DNA from: an uncultured delta proteobacterium | Lineage (GTDB): Bacteria > Myxococcota_A > Polyangia > Polyangiales > Polyangiaceae | DNA length: 64,000 bases | Assembly (NCBI GenBank): GCA_963716725.1 | Contig: CAVQUB010000015.1 | Span: 352,001-416,000 of the forward strand | Reading direction: 5' to 3' | Part shown: positions 44,178 through 54,325 of the stretch, piece after piece | How the letters are laid out: every line of letters starts with the position of its first letter | Numbering within the stretch: position 1 is the first letter of the stretch | The notes under the pieces: generated by a model | The model's input: only the letters and a program-made list of their open reading frames with translations | Told to the model about the DNA's origin: nothing | Database searches by the model: none | Made by a program: the position numbers and the translations under genes

Positions 44178-46379
44178 TCAGTTCTGCCCGGGGCGCACCA
44201 CGACGCCGCCACCCTGCTGGAAATCCAGCGGCAGGCGCGAGATCGACGCGACGTGTTTGCCGGTGCGCACCAGCGCGATGTCGTCGACGAACTCGACGTC
44301 GATCTGCATGCGTGACCCGAGGTATTTGCGGAACTCGCTCAGCACCTCGGCCAGCACGTCTTCGGAGTAGCGCCCGCCCTTGACCACCCGGAAGGTGATG
44401 TGACCGGCGCGCTCTTGCACCACCTGGAAGCGCTTGATGGCGTAGTCGAGCTCTTTGAGATAGTGCGCGAAGAAGGTGCCGGGCACGTACTGGCCGTCGC
44501 TGCCCTGGATGATCGACTGCACGCGGCCCTGGATCGCGCCGATGCGAGGCGCGCCGCGGCCGCAGGCACAGGATTCGTCGCTCATGGCCTCCGCGAGATC
44601 GCCGATGCGGTAGCGGATGAAGGGCATGCAGTAGTTGTTCAGATCGGTGACCACGACCTCGCCGATCTCGCCGGGCTTCACCGGTACGCCCTCGCGCAGG
44701 ATCTCGACGATGAAACCCTCGCTCACCACGTGGTGGCCCGCGTGCGCGTCGCACTCGTAGGCGATGCCCGAGAACTCGCGGCTGCCGTATTTGTCGAAGA
44801 CCCGGCAGCCGAAGGCCTCTTCGATCAGCTTGCGGCTCGGTTCCGGCAAGGTTTGAGCGCTGGACATGATGGCCAGCGGGCGCACGCCGGGGTTTCCCGA
44901 GGTTTTGACGAAGTGCGCGATGAAGTCCAGGGCCTCGGCGTAGCCATCGAGCAGGGTCGGCCCGATAGACGCGATGAGCCGCATGGTCTTCTGGAGGTTC
45001 TCTTCCGTCATCTCGAAGACCGGCACGAAGCTGCGGTTCGAGAGGGCGGCGTCGGCGCGCTCTTTGGCGGCCTGCGCCGGGCTCATGCCAATCGTCTGGT
45101 GCCAGAGCCGCACGGTGGGATCGCCAAACTGATACCCAGTCCACTCCTGGGCACGCAGCGTCGCGGCCCAGCGGAACTCGAGCTGAGCGCGATCGGCGTA
45201 GCAGACGAAGGGCTCGCCGGTGGAACCGCTGGTCGAGATCCGGAGCACCTGACTCTTGTCGTGGTTCTCGCTCATGATGTCGAAGAACAGGTGTTTGCGG
45301 ATGTCCGCCTTGCCGAGCATCGGCAGCTTGTGCAGATCCGCCTGCGTCTGGACGTCCTCGGGCCGGAGGCCCGCCTCCTGCAACTTTGCGCGGTAGTAGG
45401 GCACGTTGCGGTAGGCGTGGCGGACCAAGCGTCGCAGCTTCTCGTCCTGCAGTTCGCGCATGGCGCTCGGGGAGAGCCACTGGGTCTTCTGCAGCGTCTC
45501 GTAGTAATGCTCGACGTCGCGGGTGATCATCCAGTGGGTCTGGTTGAACGCCGCCATGTACGCGCGCCAGCGCAGGCTCTGGGCCGGGCTCTTCTCGGGC
45601 GAGCGATCGATCACGGGATGGCGACGGAGAAACTGCAGCGCGACGTCCGGCGGGCGCTTGCCCTGGTACTCCCAGAGCGCCTTGCCCAGATCGTAGATGC
45701 TCTTGACGCTGGCCTGCGCCGCCTTCTTGTCCAGAAAGCTCTCGCCGGCCCGGCGCTGCTCGAAGAGCGTCTCGATCTCTTTGTAGCTGTAGCCCTTGGC
45801 ATGCGCCGCGACCATGATGAAGGACTGCCAGTAGAAGTAGCGCCCCTCGTAGGTGAGCAGATCTTGGAAGACCTCACGCGCGCAGATCACGAAGCCGCTC
45901 TTGTTGTCCTCGAGCTGCATGCCGAAGGCGGTGTTCAGCATGAAGTTGAAGGCTCGGCTGATGTGATAGCGCTTGTCTTTGACGCGACCCACCCAGCTGC
46001 GCCAGCCCTGGACCACGTCGACGGACCGCTCGTAGAGCGCGCGGCGTAGGCGCAAGAGATCTTCGGGTTGGTACTGCAGATCGGCGTCGATGGTCGCAAC
46101 CAAGCGGCCCCGCGCCGCCCCCGCGCCGCTCTTCCACGCCGCGGCCATGCCGCGGTTCTGCTGGTGGAACACGCCCTGCACTCGGCCCGGGTGCGCCTCC
46201 ATCATCGCGCGGATCACCTGCGCGGTGCCGTCCGTCGAGCCGTCGTCGACCAGGATGAGCTCGCCCCTGAACTCGCCTTTGTCGAAGACGCCCAAGATGC
46301 GCGAGGTCAGCTCGGGGATGTTCAGCTCCTCGTTCAGGCAGGGGGCGATGACGGACAGCTCGACGTCGGTGGCGGTCAT
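44178..46379 (-). CDS. GT2 glycosyltransferase fused to phenylacetate-CoA ligase/CapK-like adenylating domain
   Basis: PCLNEE, VDDGSTDGT, DADLQ; then VPYYR, TSGSTGEP, YGSREF, PFIRYRIGD. Confidence 0.85.
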   Translation of the reverse strand: MTATDVELSVIAPCLNEELNIPELTSRILGVFDKGEFRGELILVDDGSTDGTAQVIRAMMEAHPGRVQGVFHQQNRGMAAAWKSGAGAARGRLVATIDADLQYQPEDLLRLRRALYERSVDVVQGWRSWVGRVKDKRYHISRAFNFMLNTAFGMQLEDNKSGFVICAREVFQDLLTYEGRYFYWQSFIMVAAHAKGYSYKEIETLFEQRRAGESFLDKKAAQASVKSIYDLGKALWEYQGKRPPDVALQFLRRHPVIDRSPEKSPAQSLRWRAYMAAFNQTHWMITRDVEHYYETLQKTQWLSPSAMRELQDEKLRRLVRHAYRNVPYYRAKLQEAGLRPEDVQTQADLHKLPMLGKADIRKHLFFDIMSENHDKSQVLRISTSGSTGEPFVCYADRAQLEFRWAATLRAQEWTGYQFGDPTVRLWHQTIGMSPAQAAKERADAALSNRSFVPVFEMTEENLQKTMRLIASIGPTLLDGYAEALDFIAHFVKTSGNPGVRPLAIMSSAQTLPEPSRKLIEEAFGCRVFDKYGSREFSGIAYECDAHAGHHVVSEGFIVEILREGVPVKPGEIGEVVVTDLNNYCMPFIRYRIGDLAEAMSDESCACGRGAPRIGAIQGRVQSIIQGSDGQYVPGTFFAHYLKELDYAIKRFQVVQERAGHITFRVVKGGRYSEDVLAEVLSEFRKYLGSRMQIDVEFVDDIALVRTGKHVASISRLPLDFQQGGGVVVRPGQN

Positions 46380-46459
46380 GGGTTGCTCGACGGCCTTTCT
46401 ACCGCTCGGGGCCCGGACGTTCCAGCTTCTCGACGCGAGGGAGCGATGCGCGCAGTCAG

Positions 46460-46531
46460 TGGGCGGGACAGGGCTTGAACCTGCGACATCCGGCTTGTAA
46501 GGCCAGCGCTCTACCGCTGAGCTACCCGCCC
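46460..46531 (-). tRNA. tRNA-Val(TAC)
   Basis: GGGCGGGTAGCTCAGCGGTAGAGC...CT-TAC-AA...GGTTCAAGCC...CCCGCCCA cloverleaf; CCA not encoded. Confidence 0.95.
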
Positions 46532-46592
46532 TGGGTGAGCAGTATCTAGCGGGGAAATGCATCCTGAGCAAGGCAGTGTAAAATGCCGGCTC

Positions 46593-49058
46593 ATGCGCGC
46601 TCTCTCGGCTCTGCCCGCCATTGCCCTGCTCTTGCTCCTGTCGCGCTGCGGCTCCGACGACGACGGGGGCGGGGGCGGCAAGCACAAGGTCGATGCGGGC
46701 GCCGACGCGGCGGACGACGCCGCGGATGCCGCCGACGATCAGGACGCCGGACCGAGCGTGCCGGACGCTTTTGCGCGCTACTGCGCCGGCAAGTCGTGGC
46801 GAGACACCTTCGCCGCGGCGACCATCGCCGCTTCGAGTGGGGAGTACCTCGGGGTGCTCAACACCGATTTTGCCGCGGGCATCCAAGAGGCGACCAAGCT
46901 CGTCCCCGATCACCCCTTCGCGGCCAAGGCCATTCGCGTGGGCTTCGGCAAGGGCACGGGCAAGGCGCGCCTCCGTTTGATGCGCACCTTTGGGCGCAGC
47001 TACCCCGCGTCCTTCGCCGACTCGAGTTGGCCCGACTACTCGGAGCCCGTCGATCTGATGCCGCCCGTCGAGGTCGATGTCGAGGTCACGGACGCGAGCA
47101 AAGACGCTTGGCTCGAGGTTCCGATCCCGGAGACGCTGCTCCTGCCCACCGAGCACTACATGCTCGTCTACGAGCACATCGGCGCCGAACCGCGCTTGGC
47201 GGTCGAGAAGGTCGCCGCCGGAGACATGGCGCGATCGCTGGTCTTCGATCCAAGCCAGCCGAGCTCGCCCCCCACCGGCTTCGACGGCAACTACCGGCTG
47301 CGGCTGGTCGGCGATCACTTCTGTCAGTGGACCGACGCGGACCGCTGGTTTTTGCGCGACGACAAGGCCTTCGGAGACACCATCGGGAGCTGGGCGGCCT
47401 GGGCCGATCTCGACGGCGACGGCCACGACGACGCGGTCTTCACCACGGGCCAAGGTCCGACCTGGTTCAAAGGCGACGGAAAGGGCAGCTTTGCCGCGGT
47501 GAGCGCCGCGTTTGCCCCCGACGCGCCGAAAGCGAACTTCTTGGTGTTCGGCGATCTGGACAACGACGGCGACTTGGACGCGTTTGCGTCGCAGTACGTG
47601 CAGACCGACGGCGACGGTGACGGCGTCGGCGTCGACAAAGACTGCAACGACAAGGACGACAAGGTGAAGCCCGGGGCGGCGGAGGTGCCCAACGACGGTA
47701 TCGACAATGACTGCGACGGGAAGGTCGATGACGGCACCGATACCGCCGACGCGGACGCTGACGGAGTCAGCATTGCTGCCGGCGACTGCGACGACACCAA
47801 GGCCGAAACCAAGCCCAGCGCGGCGGAGCTGCTCGACGGACTCGACAATGACTGCGACGGCACCACCGACGAGGACTTCTTCCCGAAGCTCTTGCTGAAC
47901 GACGGCGCCGGAACGCTGAGCTGGAGCCCCAGCCCCGACGTCGAGACCCTCGGGCCGTCAAGCGCGGCGTCGCTCGGCGACGGCAACGCCGACGGGCTGC
48001 TCGACCTGTACGCGGGCTATTGGCTGGTGCACTACCCGAGCTCTCCGACGGTGCCGAGCCGCTATTACGAAGGGCAGGCGGGCGGCAAGATGATCGACGC
48101 TTCGGTCAAGGCGGGCATCACCCAAACACCGTGGCGCCCGGCCTACGGCGTGCTCTGGACCGACTGGAACAACGACTCGTTGATGGACGTGTACGTCTCG
48201 AACTACCAGCTGGCCGCCAATCTGCTCTGGAAGAACTCGGGCGCAGGGAAGTTCCAGGAGGTCGCCGCGAGCGTGGGTGCGGCGGCGGACGACGTGTCCA
48301 TGTTCGGTTACACCGGCGGTCACAGCTTCGGCAGCGACGTGGGCGACATCGACAACGACGGGGACATGGACTTGTACGTTCCGAACATCTCGCATCCGCG
48401 CGTGCAGCCCGGCAGCGATCCGAGCATGTTGCTGGTGAACGGCGGCGCGCCGAACTTCAGCTTCGAGAACAAACGCCGAGACTATGGGCTCATTTACGAC
48501 GAGGGTGACGTCGAGAGCTCGTTTGCTGACTTCGACAACGACGGCGACCTGGATCTGCTGGTGATCTCCACCTATCCGAGCCACTACCCGCGCCTGTATC
48601 GCAACGACCTGCCCAAGGGCTTCACCGACGTGACCTACGAGGCCCACGCGCAGCTGCACCAGGCGCAGACCGGGCTCTGGGCCGACGTGGACGAGGACGG
48701 TGACCTCGATCTGCTCCTGCTCTCGCCGGGTCCGGGTCCGCGCATGCTGCTGCTTCGCAACAAGGGCACTCCGGGAAATCACTTCATCGAGCTCGACCTG
48801 CGCGGCACCACCTCGAACCGGTCCGCCATCGGAGCCCGCGTCAGCGTGACCTCCGGCGGCGTCACGCGCATGCGCGAGATCCAGTCGCAGTCCCGGCACC
48901 CGGGCTCGCGCTGGGTGCACATCGGTCTCGGGTCGAGCATGAGCATCGACAAGATCGAGGTGCGCTGGCCCAACGGGGCCAAGGAGACCATCACGGGCGC
49001 TGCCGCCGACGCGCGCTGGCGCATCGTCGAAGGCAGCGGCAAGGCGACGGCGCCCTGA
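46593..49058 (+). CDS. FG-GAP/CRTAC1-like (ASPIC/UnbV) lipoprotein with MopE-type metal-binding repeats
   Basis: Multiple DxDxDGDxD repeats, NRSAIGARV...HIGLG...EVRWP; two DCxD...DGxDNDCDG motifs. Confidence 0.85.
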   Translation: MRALSALPAIALLLLLSRCGSDDDGGGGGKHKVDAGADAADDAADAADDQDAGPSVPDAFARYCAGKSWRDTFAAATIAASSGEYLGVLNTDFAAGIQEATKLVPDHPFAAKAIRVGFGKGTGKARLRLMRTFGRSYPASFADSSWPDYSEPVDLMPPVEVDVEVTDASKDAWLEVPIPETLLLPTEHYMLVYEHIGAEPRLAVEKVAAGDMARSLVFDPSQPSSPPTGFDGNYRLRLVGDHFCQWTDADRWFLRDDKAFGDTIGSWAAWADLDGDGHDDAVFTTGQGPTWFKGDGKGSFAAVSAAFAPDAPKANFLVFGDLDNDGDLDAFASQYVQTDGDGDGVGVDKDCNDKDDKVKPGAAEVPNDGIDNDCDGKVDDGTDTADADADGVSIAAGDCDDTKAETKPSAAELLDGLDNDCDGTTDEDFFPKLLLNDGAGTLSWSPSPDVETLGPSSAASLGDGNADGLLDLYAGYWLVHYPSSPTVPSRYYEGQAGGKMIDASVKAGITQTPWRPAYGVLWTDWNNDSLMDVYVSNYQLAANLLWKNSGAGKFQEVAASVGAAADDVSMFGYTGGHSFGSDVGDIDNDGDMDLYVPNISHPRVQPGSDPSMLLVNGGAPNFSFENKRRDYGLIYDEGDVESSFADFDNDGDLDLLVISTYPSHYPRLYRNDLPKGFTDVTYEAHAQLHQAQTGLWADVDEDGDLDLLLLSPGPGPRMLLLRNKGTPGNHFIELDLRGTTSNRSAIGARVSVTSGGVTRMREIQSQSRHPGSRWVHIGLGSSMSIDKIEVRWPNGAKETITGAAADARWRIVEGSGKATAP

Positions 49059-49132
49059 GCCCGTCGCTCCGACCGTCTCGGCCCTGGCTCACCGTCGGCC
49101 GAGTCTCGTGGCTGATCTTTCTCCGCTGGCTG

Positions 49133-49741
49133 GTGCTGGTTTCGGCGGCGGTGGTGTTTGCGTCCCTCGCCGCCGCGGTGCTCGGCGGCTCCACGGGCTG
49201 GCTCGATCTGCCGCTGGTCCGTCTGGCCGAGCGTTCCCGCAGCCCGGGGCTGACTCGCGTCATGTCGGTGCTGACTTGGCTTGGCAACGGGGCCACGCTG
49301 GTCGGCGTGGCGGTGGTCGCGGCGGCTGTGCTGATCGCGATCCGGCAGCGGGTCCCGGCGCTGTTCGTGGCGGCCTCCGCTCTCGGTGCGGGCGCCCTCA
49401 ATGCGCTGCTCAAGATCGCGTTTTCACGGCCACGACCCCTGCTCATGTCCCACCTAGCTCACGCGGGTGGCTACTCGTTTCCGAGCGGTCACGCCATGGC
49501 CGGCGCGGCCATCTACGGTGCGCTGGCGGTGGTGGCGGTGCGGCGCTTTCCGGAGCGGCGTTGGTGGGTGGTCGCGCCCTGCGTGCTGCTCGTGGCAGCC
49601 ATTGGAGTGTCGCGCGTCTACCTGGGCGTGCACTTTCCCAGCGACGTCATTGCGGGTTGGGCAGTGGGAGCGTCGTGGCCGATCTGGCTCGGCCCGCTGC
49701 TGCTCGCGCGAAGCTCGATTGGGCCGGCGCCCGGACCGTGA
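49133..49741 (+). CDS. PAP2-family phosphatase
   Basis: KIAFSRPRP, SFPSGHA, SRVYLGVHFPSDV. Confidence 0.92.
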   Translation: MLVSAAVVFASLAAAVLGGSTGWLDLPLVRLAERSRSPGLTRVMSVLTWLGNGATLVGVAVVAAAVLIAIRQRVPALFVAASALGAGALNALLKIAFSRPRPLLMSHLAHAGGYSFPSGHAMAGAAIYGALAVVAVRRFPERRWWVVAPCVLLVAAIGVSRVYLGVHFPSDVIAGWAVGASWPIWLGPLLLARSSIGPAPGP

Positions 49742-49754
49742 TATCTGCGCCCGC

Positions 49755-50855
49755 ATGATCGTCGGAGTTCCGCAAGAGGTCAAAGCCCACGAGTACCGAA
49801 TCGCTCTCCTGCCGGTCGGCGTCGAGGAGCTCCGCCGCGGCGGACACAGCGTGCTGGTCGAGCGCGGCGCCGGTCTCGGCAGCGGCATCTCGGACGAAGC
49901 CTACGCTGCGAACGGCGCGACTTTGATCGACGACCGCGCTGACATCTGGCGGCAGGCGGATCTGATCGTGAAGGTCAAGGAGCCCCAGCCCGAAGAAATT
50001 CCGCTGATGCGCGAGGGTCAGGTGCTCTTCACCTTCTTCCACTTCGCCGCCGACGAGGCCCTGACGCGCGGCTGCGTGGACTCCGGCGCGTCCTGCGTTG
50101 CCTACGAGACCCTGCGCGACGAGCTCGGCCGGCTGCCGTTGCTGACGCCCATGAGCGAGGTCGCGGGACGCATGAGCATCCAGGAGGGCGCGAAGTACCT
50201 GGAGCGGCCCCAGGAGGGGCGCGGCATCTTGCTCGGCGGCGTGCCCGGGGTCGAGCCGGCGCACGTGGTGGTCTTGGGCGGCGGCATCGTCGGCACGAGC
50301 GCGGCCAAGGTCGCCGCCGGCTTCGGCGCCAGCGTCGCCATCTTGGACGTGAACGTCGATCGGCTGCGCTACCTCGACGACATCATGCCCAAGAACGTAT
50401 TCACGCTCTACTCCGATCGACACACCATCCGCGAGCAGATCCAGCGTGCCGAGCTGGTGGTCGGCGCCGTGCTGATCGAGGGCGCGCGCGCGCCGCGGCT
50501 GATCGAGAGGTCTGATCTGAAGACCATGAAGAACGGTTCGGTGATCGTCGACGTCGCCGTTGATCAGGGCGGCTGCGTGGAGACCACTCGGCCGACCACC
50601 CATGGCCAACCCACCTACATCGTGGACGGGGTCATCCACTACTGCGTTGCGAACATGCCCGGCGCGGTCGGTCGGACCAGCACCTACGCGCTCTGCAACG
50701 TGACCTTGCCCTTCGTGCTCAGGATCGCCAATCATGGGCTGGCCGAGGCCTGTCAGCGCGACGCGCGCATCTCGACCGCGGTCAACGTCCGCGGACACAA
50801 GGTCACCAACCGAGCGGTGGCCGAGACCTTCGGCCTCGAGTACACGCAGATCTGA
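49755..50855 (+). CDS. ald: Alanine dehydrogenase
   Basis: [40 protein letters not shown]. Confidence 0.95.
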   Translation: MIVGVPQEVKAHEYRIALLPVGVEELRRGGHSVLVERGAGLGSGISDEAYAANGATLIDDRADIWRQADLIVKVKEPQPEEIPLMREGQVLFTFFHFAADEALTRGCVDSGASCVAYETLRDELGRLPLLTPMSEVAGRMSIQEGAKYLERPQEGRGILLGGVPGVEPAHVVVLGGGIVGTSAAKVAAGFGASVAILDVNVDRLRYLDDIMPKNVFTLYSDRHTIREQIQRAELVVGAVLIEGARAPRLIERSDLKTMKNGSVIVDVAVDQGGCVETTRPTTHGQPTYIVDGVIHYCVANMPGAVGRTSTYALCNVTLPFVLRIANHGLAEACQRDARISTAVNVRGHKVTNRAVAETFGLEYTQI

Positions 50856-50883
50856 GGCTGAGTCCCGCCGGGTGCGGCAAGTC

Positions 50884-52287
50884 TCAGACGGTGATCACGT
50901 CGCCCCGATCCGGACTGTGCACGTTGCGAAAGCCCTTCTCTCCCAGGAGATCCGAGAGCACGCGCATCGGGACCGGATCGCCGTGCACCAGAATCATGTG
51001 CTCGAGCTCGCCGCGCTTGCGGATCTCGAGCGCGTAGTCCACGAGGTCGCGCTGATCGGCGTGGGCCGAGAAGCCGTTCAGGACGTGCACCTCGGCGTGA
51101 ACGGGCTGCATGGTGCCGAAGATCTTCACCTCCGAGCGTCGCTCGACCAGCCGGCGTCCCAGGGTGTGCGGCGCCTGGTAGCCCACGATCAGCACCGCGT
51201 TCTTCGAGCTGCTGATGCTGCCCTTGAGGTGGTGGAGGATGCGGCCGGCCTCGCACATGCCGCTGGCGCTGATCACGATCGAGGGCTCGCTGGACGAGCT
51301 GACCGCTTTGCTGTCTTCCTTGTCCGAGATGTAGTGCAGGTCGTCGAACTCGAAGGGCGAGTTGCGGCCCTGCAACAGCTCGAGGGCCTCTTCGTCCAGA
51401 CACTCCGGGTGGAGCTTGAACACGTCGGTGATCTTCACCGTCAGGGGTGAGTCGACGTAGATGGGCATGGGCGGCAGCCGCCCGGCTTCCCGCAGCCCTT
51501 TGAAGGCGTAGACGATCTCCTGGGCACGCTCGAGGGCAAACGAGGGAATGACGACCTTTCCGCCGCGGTCGTAGACTTTCTTCACGATCGCCGCCAACTC
51601 GTCGTCCATCTGCTCGATGGGTTTGTGCAGCCGGTCGCCGTAGGTGCTCTCGGTGATCAGCACCTGGGCGCCCTCGGGGACCTCGGGATCCCGAAGGATG
51701 GGCATGCGCCGCCGGCCGAGATCGCCAGTGAACACCAGTCGCTTCTTCTCGCCGCCCTCGTCGATGTCCAGCACGGTGATGGCGCTGCCGAGCACGTGCC
51801 CGGCGTCGAAGAAGGTCAGCATCACGCCGTCGGCGATGGGCAGCTTGCGGTGGTAGGGCATGGCCACCATGCGCGAGAGCACCTCGAGCACGTCGCGCTC
51901 GTCGTAGAGCGGCTCGACGCGCTCCATGTCGCTGTCGCCGCGGTCGATCAGCTTGTTGATGAACTTGGCGTCGCTCTGCTGGATCATCGCCGCGTCGATC
52001 AACATCGCCGCGCACAGATCGCGGGTGGCGCTGGTCGTGTAGATCGGTCCATCGAAGCCCTGCTTGACCAAGGCGGGCAGGGCGCCTGAGTGATCGATGT
52101 GGGCGTGGCTCAACACCACCACGTCGATCTTGGTGGGATCGACGCCGAGGTGTTTGTTCCTCTCGATGGTCTCCCGTCGCGTCCCCTGCCACAGCCCGCA
52201 GTCGAGGAGGATGGTCGCGTGTTTGGTCCGGATCAGGTGCTTCGAACCGGTGACGGTCTTGGCCGCGCCGACGAACTCGATCTCCAT
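50884..52287 (-). CDS. MBL-fold/beta-CASP ribonuclease
   Basis: SHAHIDHSG, AGHVLGS, ESTYGDR, SASGM, FSAHAD. Confidence 0.92.
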   Translation of the reverse strand: MEIEFVGAAKTVTGSKHLIRTKHATILLDCGLWQGTRRETIERNKHLGVDPTKIDVVVLSHAHIDHSGALPALVKQGFDGPIYTTSATRDLCAAMLIDAAMIQQSDAKFINKLIDRGDSDMERVEPLYDERDVLEVLSRMVAMPYHRKLPIADGVMLTFFDAGHVLGSAITVLDIDEGGEKKRLVFTGDLGRRRMPILRDPEVPEGAQVLITESTYGDRLHKPIEQMDDELAAIVKKVYDRGGKVVIPSFALERAQEIVYAFKGLREAGRLPPMPIYVDSPLTVKITDVFKLHPECLDEEALELLQGRNSPFEFDDLHYISDKEDSKAVSSSSEPSIVISASGMCEAGRILHHLKGSISSSKNAVLIVGYQAPHTLGRRLVERRSEVKIFGTMQPVHAEVHVLNGFSAHADQRDLVDYALEIRKRGELEHMILVHGDPVPMRVLSDLLGEKGFRNVHSPDRGDVITV

Positions 52288-52297
52288 GCGACCGAGG

Positions 52298-53053
52298 CTA
52301 GTTGGCCGACGCCGCGGCTACCAGTATGGACTTCAGCGCGGCGAAGTTCTCGGCCTTGCTCAGGTCGTAGGTGGTCAGGTTGAAGGCTGCGATGGGGCGA
52401 TTGTCGGCGTCGAGCACGATCACGTCGCGGTACTCGACGACCCAGTCATTCCAGACGTCCTCAGCCAGCGTGTCTTGCAGCCAGGGCAAGGTACGCCCGG
52501 CCGTGATGATGGAGTTCCCGGATTCGAGCCCGATGCCGTTGACGCCCAGGATCTGGATCTTCTTCTTGGTCGTGGTGCCCGCGAGCTCTTTCTGCATCGT
52601 GTCGAGGTAGCCAAACTGGCTACCGCAATAGCCTCAAGTGGAGTGCCCGAAGTACCAGGCAGACACCTGACCCAGGTAGTCTCGGGGCGAGACCTTCTTC
52701 TTGTACAGGCTCGACGCAGGGTTTTCGTCCACCAGGGAGAAGTCGGGAACGACCGCCGCCACACCACCGTCGCCGCCGTCGGCGCTGTCCGGCGCCGAAT
52801 CGACGCTGGAGTCGGCGACGGCGTCGGAGCCGGAGTCGGCGGGCGCATCGGGCGCATCGGGCGCCGCGTCGCCGCTCGAACCGCCGCCGGAGGGCGTGCC
52901 GCCACTGCCGCTCGTGCCCGCGACGCCGCCTGCGCCCGCCATGCTGGCGAAACCGCCGCCGCCGCTCGAGCTGGCGTTTCGGTCGAGGCGTTCGTCGTGT
53001 CCGCAAGCCATGGCGATGCCGGCAATGAGCAAGAGCGTGGTCGTGAGCTTCAT
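52298..53053 (-). CDS. Selenocysteine-containing redoxin (AhpC/TSA, thioredoxin-fold) lipoprotein, U-x-x-C
   Basis: ORFs 52634-53062 and 52298-52597 are in one frame separated only by TGA at 52634-52636, reading WYFGHST-U-GYC; lipobox AMAC; PDFSL and ILGVN redoxin elements. Confidence 0.82.
52606..52624 (-). promoter_or_regulatory. Candidate bacterial SECIS hairpin
   Basis: GGUAGCC-AGUUU-GGCUACC; apical loop begins 16 nt after UGA with G at loop position 2. Confidence 0.7.
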
Positions 53054-53058
53054 CGTCT

Positions 53059-53598
53059 TCAATCCGGTCCGTAGTCCACGCAGCCGTCGCCGTCACCGCC
53101 GGCGCCGTTGACCTGGCAGCCCGATCCCTGGGGCACGGGGCAAGCGATCTCGGGGCAGGCGACGCCCAGGTCGCAGCCCTTGGCGGTCCACTCGGCCTTC
53201 AGCGATTTGAGCTCCTGAAGCGGCGTGGTGTTGGTGGGATTGACGTAGGTGCTGCAGGGGCACGAAAGCTCGGTGTCGATGAGCTCGGTGCACTGGATGG
53301 CGTTGATCATCGCGTTGCACCCCTTGGCCTGGGTGAGATAGGCCGCGTACTTCGCGTCGAGCTCGGCGCATCCGGTGCCGCCAGTCGCGCCGGTGCCGGT
53401 GCCGCCAGTCGCGCCGGTGCCGGTGCCGCCAGTCGCGCCGGTGCCAGTGCCGCCAGTCGCGCCGGTGCCGGTGCCTCCGGTGCCTCCGGACGTGCTGCCT
53501 CCCGTTGCGGAGCCACCGGTGCCTCCGGTGCCGTCTTTCTCGGACTCGCCCCCGCAGGCGACGGCCAAGGCCAGGGTTGCCAGGAAGCGAAGTCTCAC
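53059..53598 (-). CDS. Gly/Thr-linker Cys-rich lipoprotein
   Basis: GTG start, lipobox AVAC, TGATGGTG repeats, Cys-rich domain. Confidence 0.72.
   Translation of the reverse strand: MRLRFLATLALAVACGGESEKDGTGGTGGSATGGSTSGGTGGTGTGATGGTGTGATGGTGTGATGGTGTGATGGTGCAELDAKYAAYLTQAKGCNAMINAIQCTELIDTELSCPCSTYVNPTNTTPLQELKSLKAEWTAKGCDLGVACPEIACPVPQGSGCQVNGAGGDGDGCVDYGPD
53372..53467 (-). repeat. Coding tandem repeat, 24 bp x4 (TGATGGTG peptide)
   Basis: CCGGTGCCGCCAGTCGCGCCGGTG four times on + strand, one mismatch. Confidence 0.85.
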
Positions 53599-53694
53599 GA
53601 ACCCATCATAGCTCGGGCCCGAGCAGCTTTCCTGCGGGATTTTTCCTGTTGATCGCAGGGGGGCCTGTGGTAAACACCGCGGGCTTACCGCTTC

Positions 53695-53770
<76 letters not shown>

Positions 53771-53785
53771 CTTCTTCCTTCGACA

Positions 53786-54019
53786 TTACGCAGAGTTCCG
53801 AGCGCTGTGGTAGCGCTGTGGTAGCGCTGTAGCAGAAGGCCCGTGAGCCCCTGGCTTCGCGGGCCTTGCTACACCAGCGTCTCGAGCGTGGTCGTGGTCG
53901 CGATCATCGGCGCCACCGTGGTCGTGTCCGACGGCCACGGGGAGCTGGATGAGCTTGCCGGTGATGGGCTCGATGCGGAGCTTGAGCACCTCCTCGCAGA
54001 GCAGCGCCCAGGGCAGCGT
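53786..54019 (-). pseudogene. Possible C-terminal relic of a tyrosine integrase
   Basis: Startless fragment TLPWALLCEEVLKLRI pointing toward the tRNA 3' end; resemblance to myxobacterial integrase C-termini is from recall only. Confidence 0.35.
53801..53833. repeat. 11-bp tandem repeat x3 just downstream of tRNA-Asp
   Basis: AGCGCTGTGGT AGCGCTGTGGT AGCGCTGTAGC. Confidence 0.8.
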
Positions 54020-54291
54020 CCTCCGTTAGCGACCCGGCGCGGATGAGCGGATCGACGACGTAGATCGGCTCAACCAAGGGCGCGAAGATCGCCGCGGTGT
54101 CGAGCACCGCGAGCCGCTCGTGCTTGCGCCCCCTGCTCGACGCGGCGCCGGGGTCGTCGCTCTCGGGCGTGTAGCGGCGCGTCGGTGCGCAGTACGGGAT
54201 TCTCAGAAATCGCGACCGATGAGTGACCAAGTAGCGTTTTTCGCGTCTCGGTTTGCCGCCGTCACGCGGCGGGACGTGCGGCCTTGCGCGG

Positions 54292-54320
54292 TTGACAAGT
54301 GGTGTCACTATTGACACCAT
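54292..54320 (+). promoter_or_regulatory. hicAB promoter with palindromic operator
   Basis: TTGACA (54292)-17 bp-CACCAT; perfect inverted repeat TGGTGTCA-CTAT-TGACACCA at 54300-54319. Confidence 0.7.
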
Positions 54321-54325
54321 GAACC

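Noticed and set aside
46380..47453. N-terminal extension making a 1091-aa ORF (44178-47453)
   Set aside because: It overlaps tRNA-Val and is antisense to the FG-GAP gene; the real start is probably 46379
52298..53053. Selenoprotein as the maturation thioredoxin for the multiheme cluster
   Set aside because: It lies on the other side of tRNA-Asp, outside the island, and no ccm/ccs genes are nearby; proximity alone is insufficient
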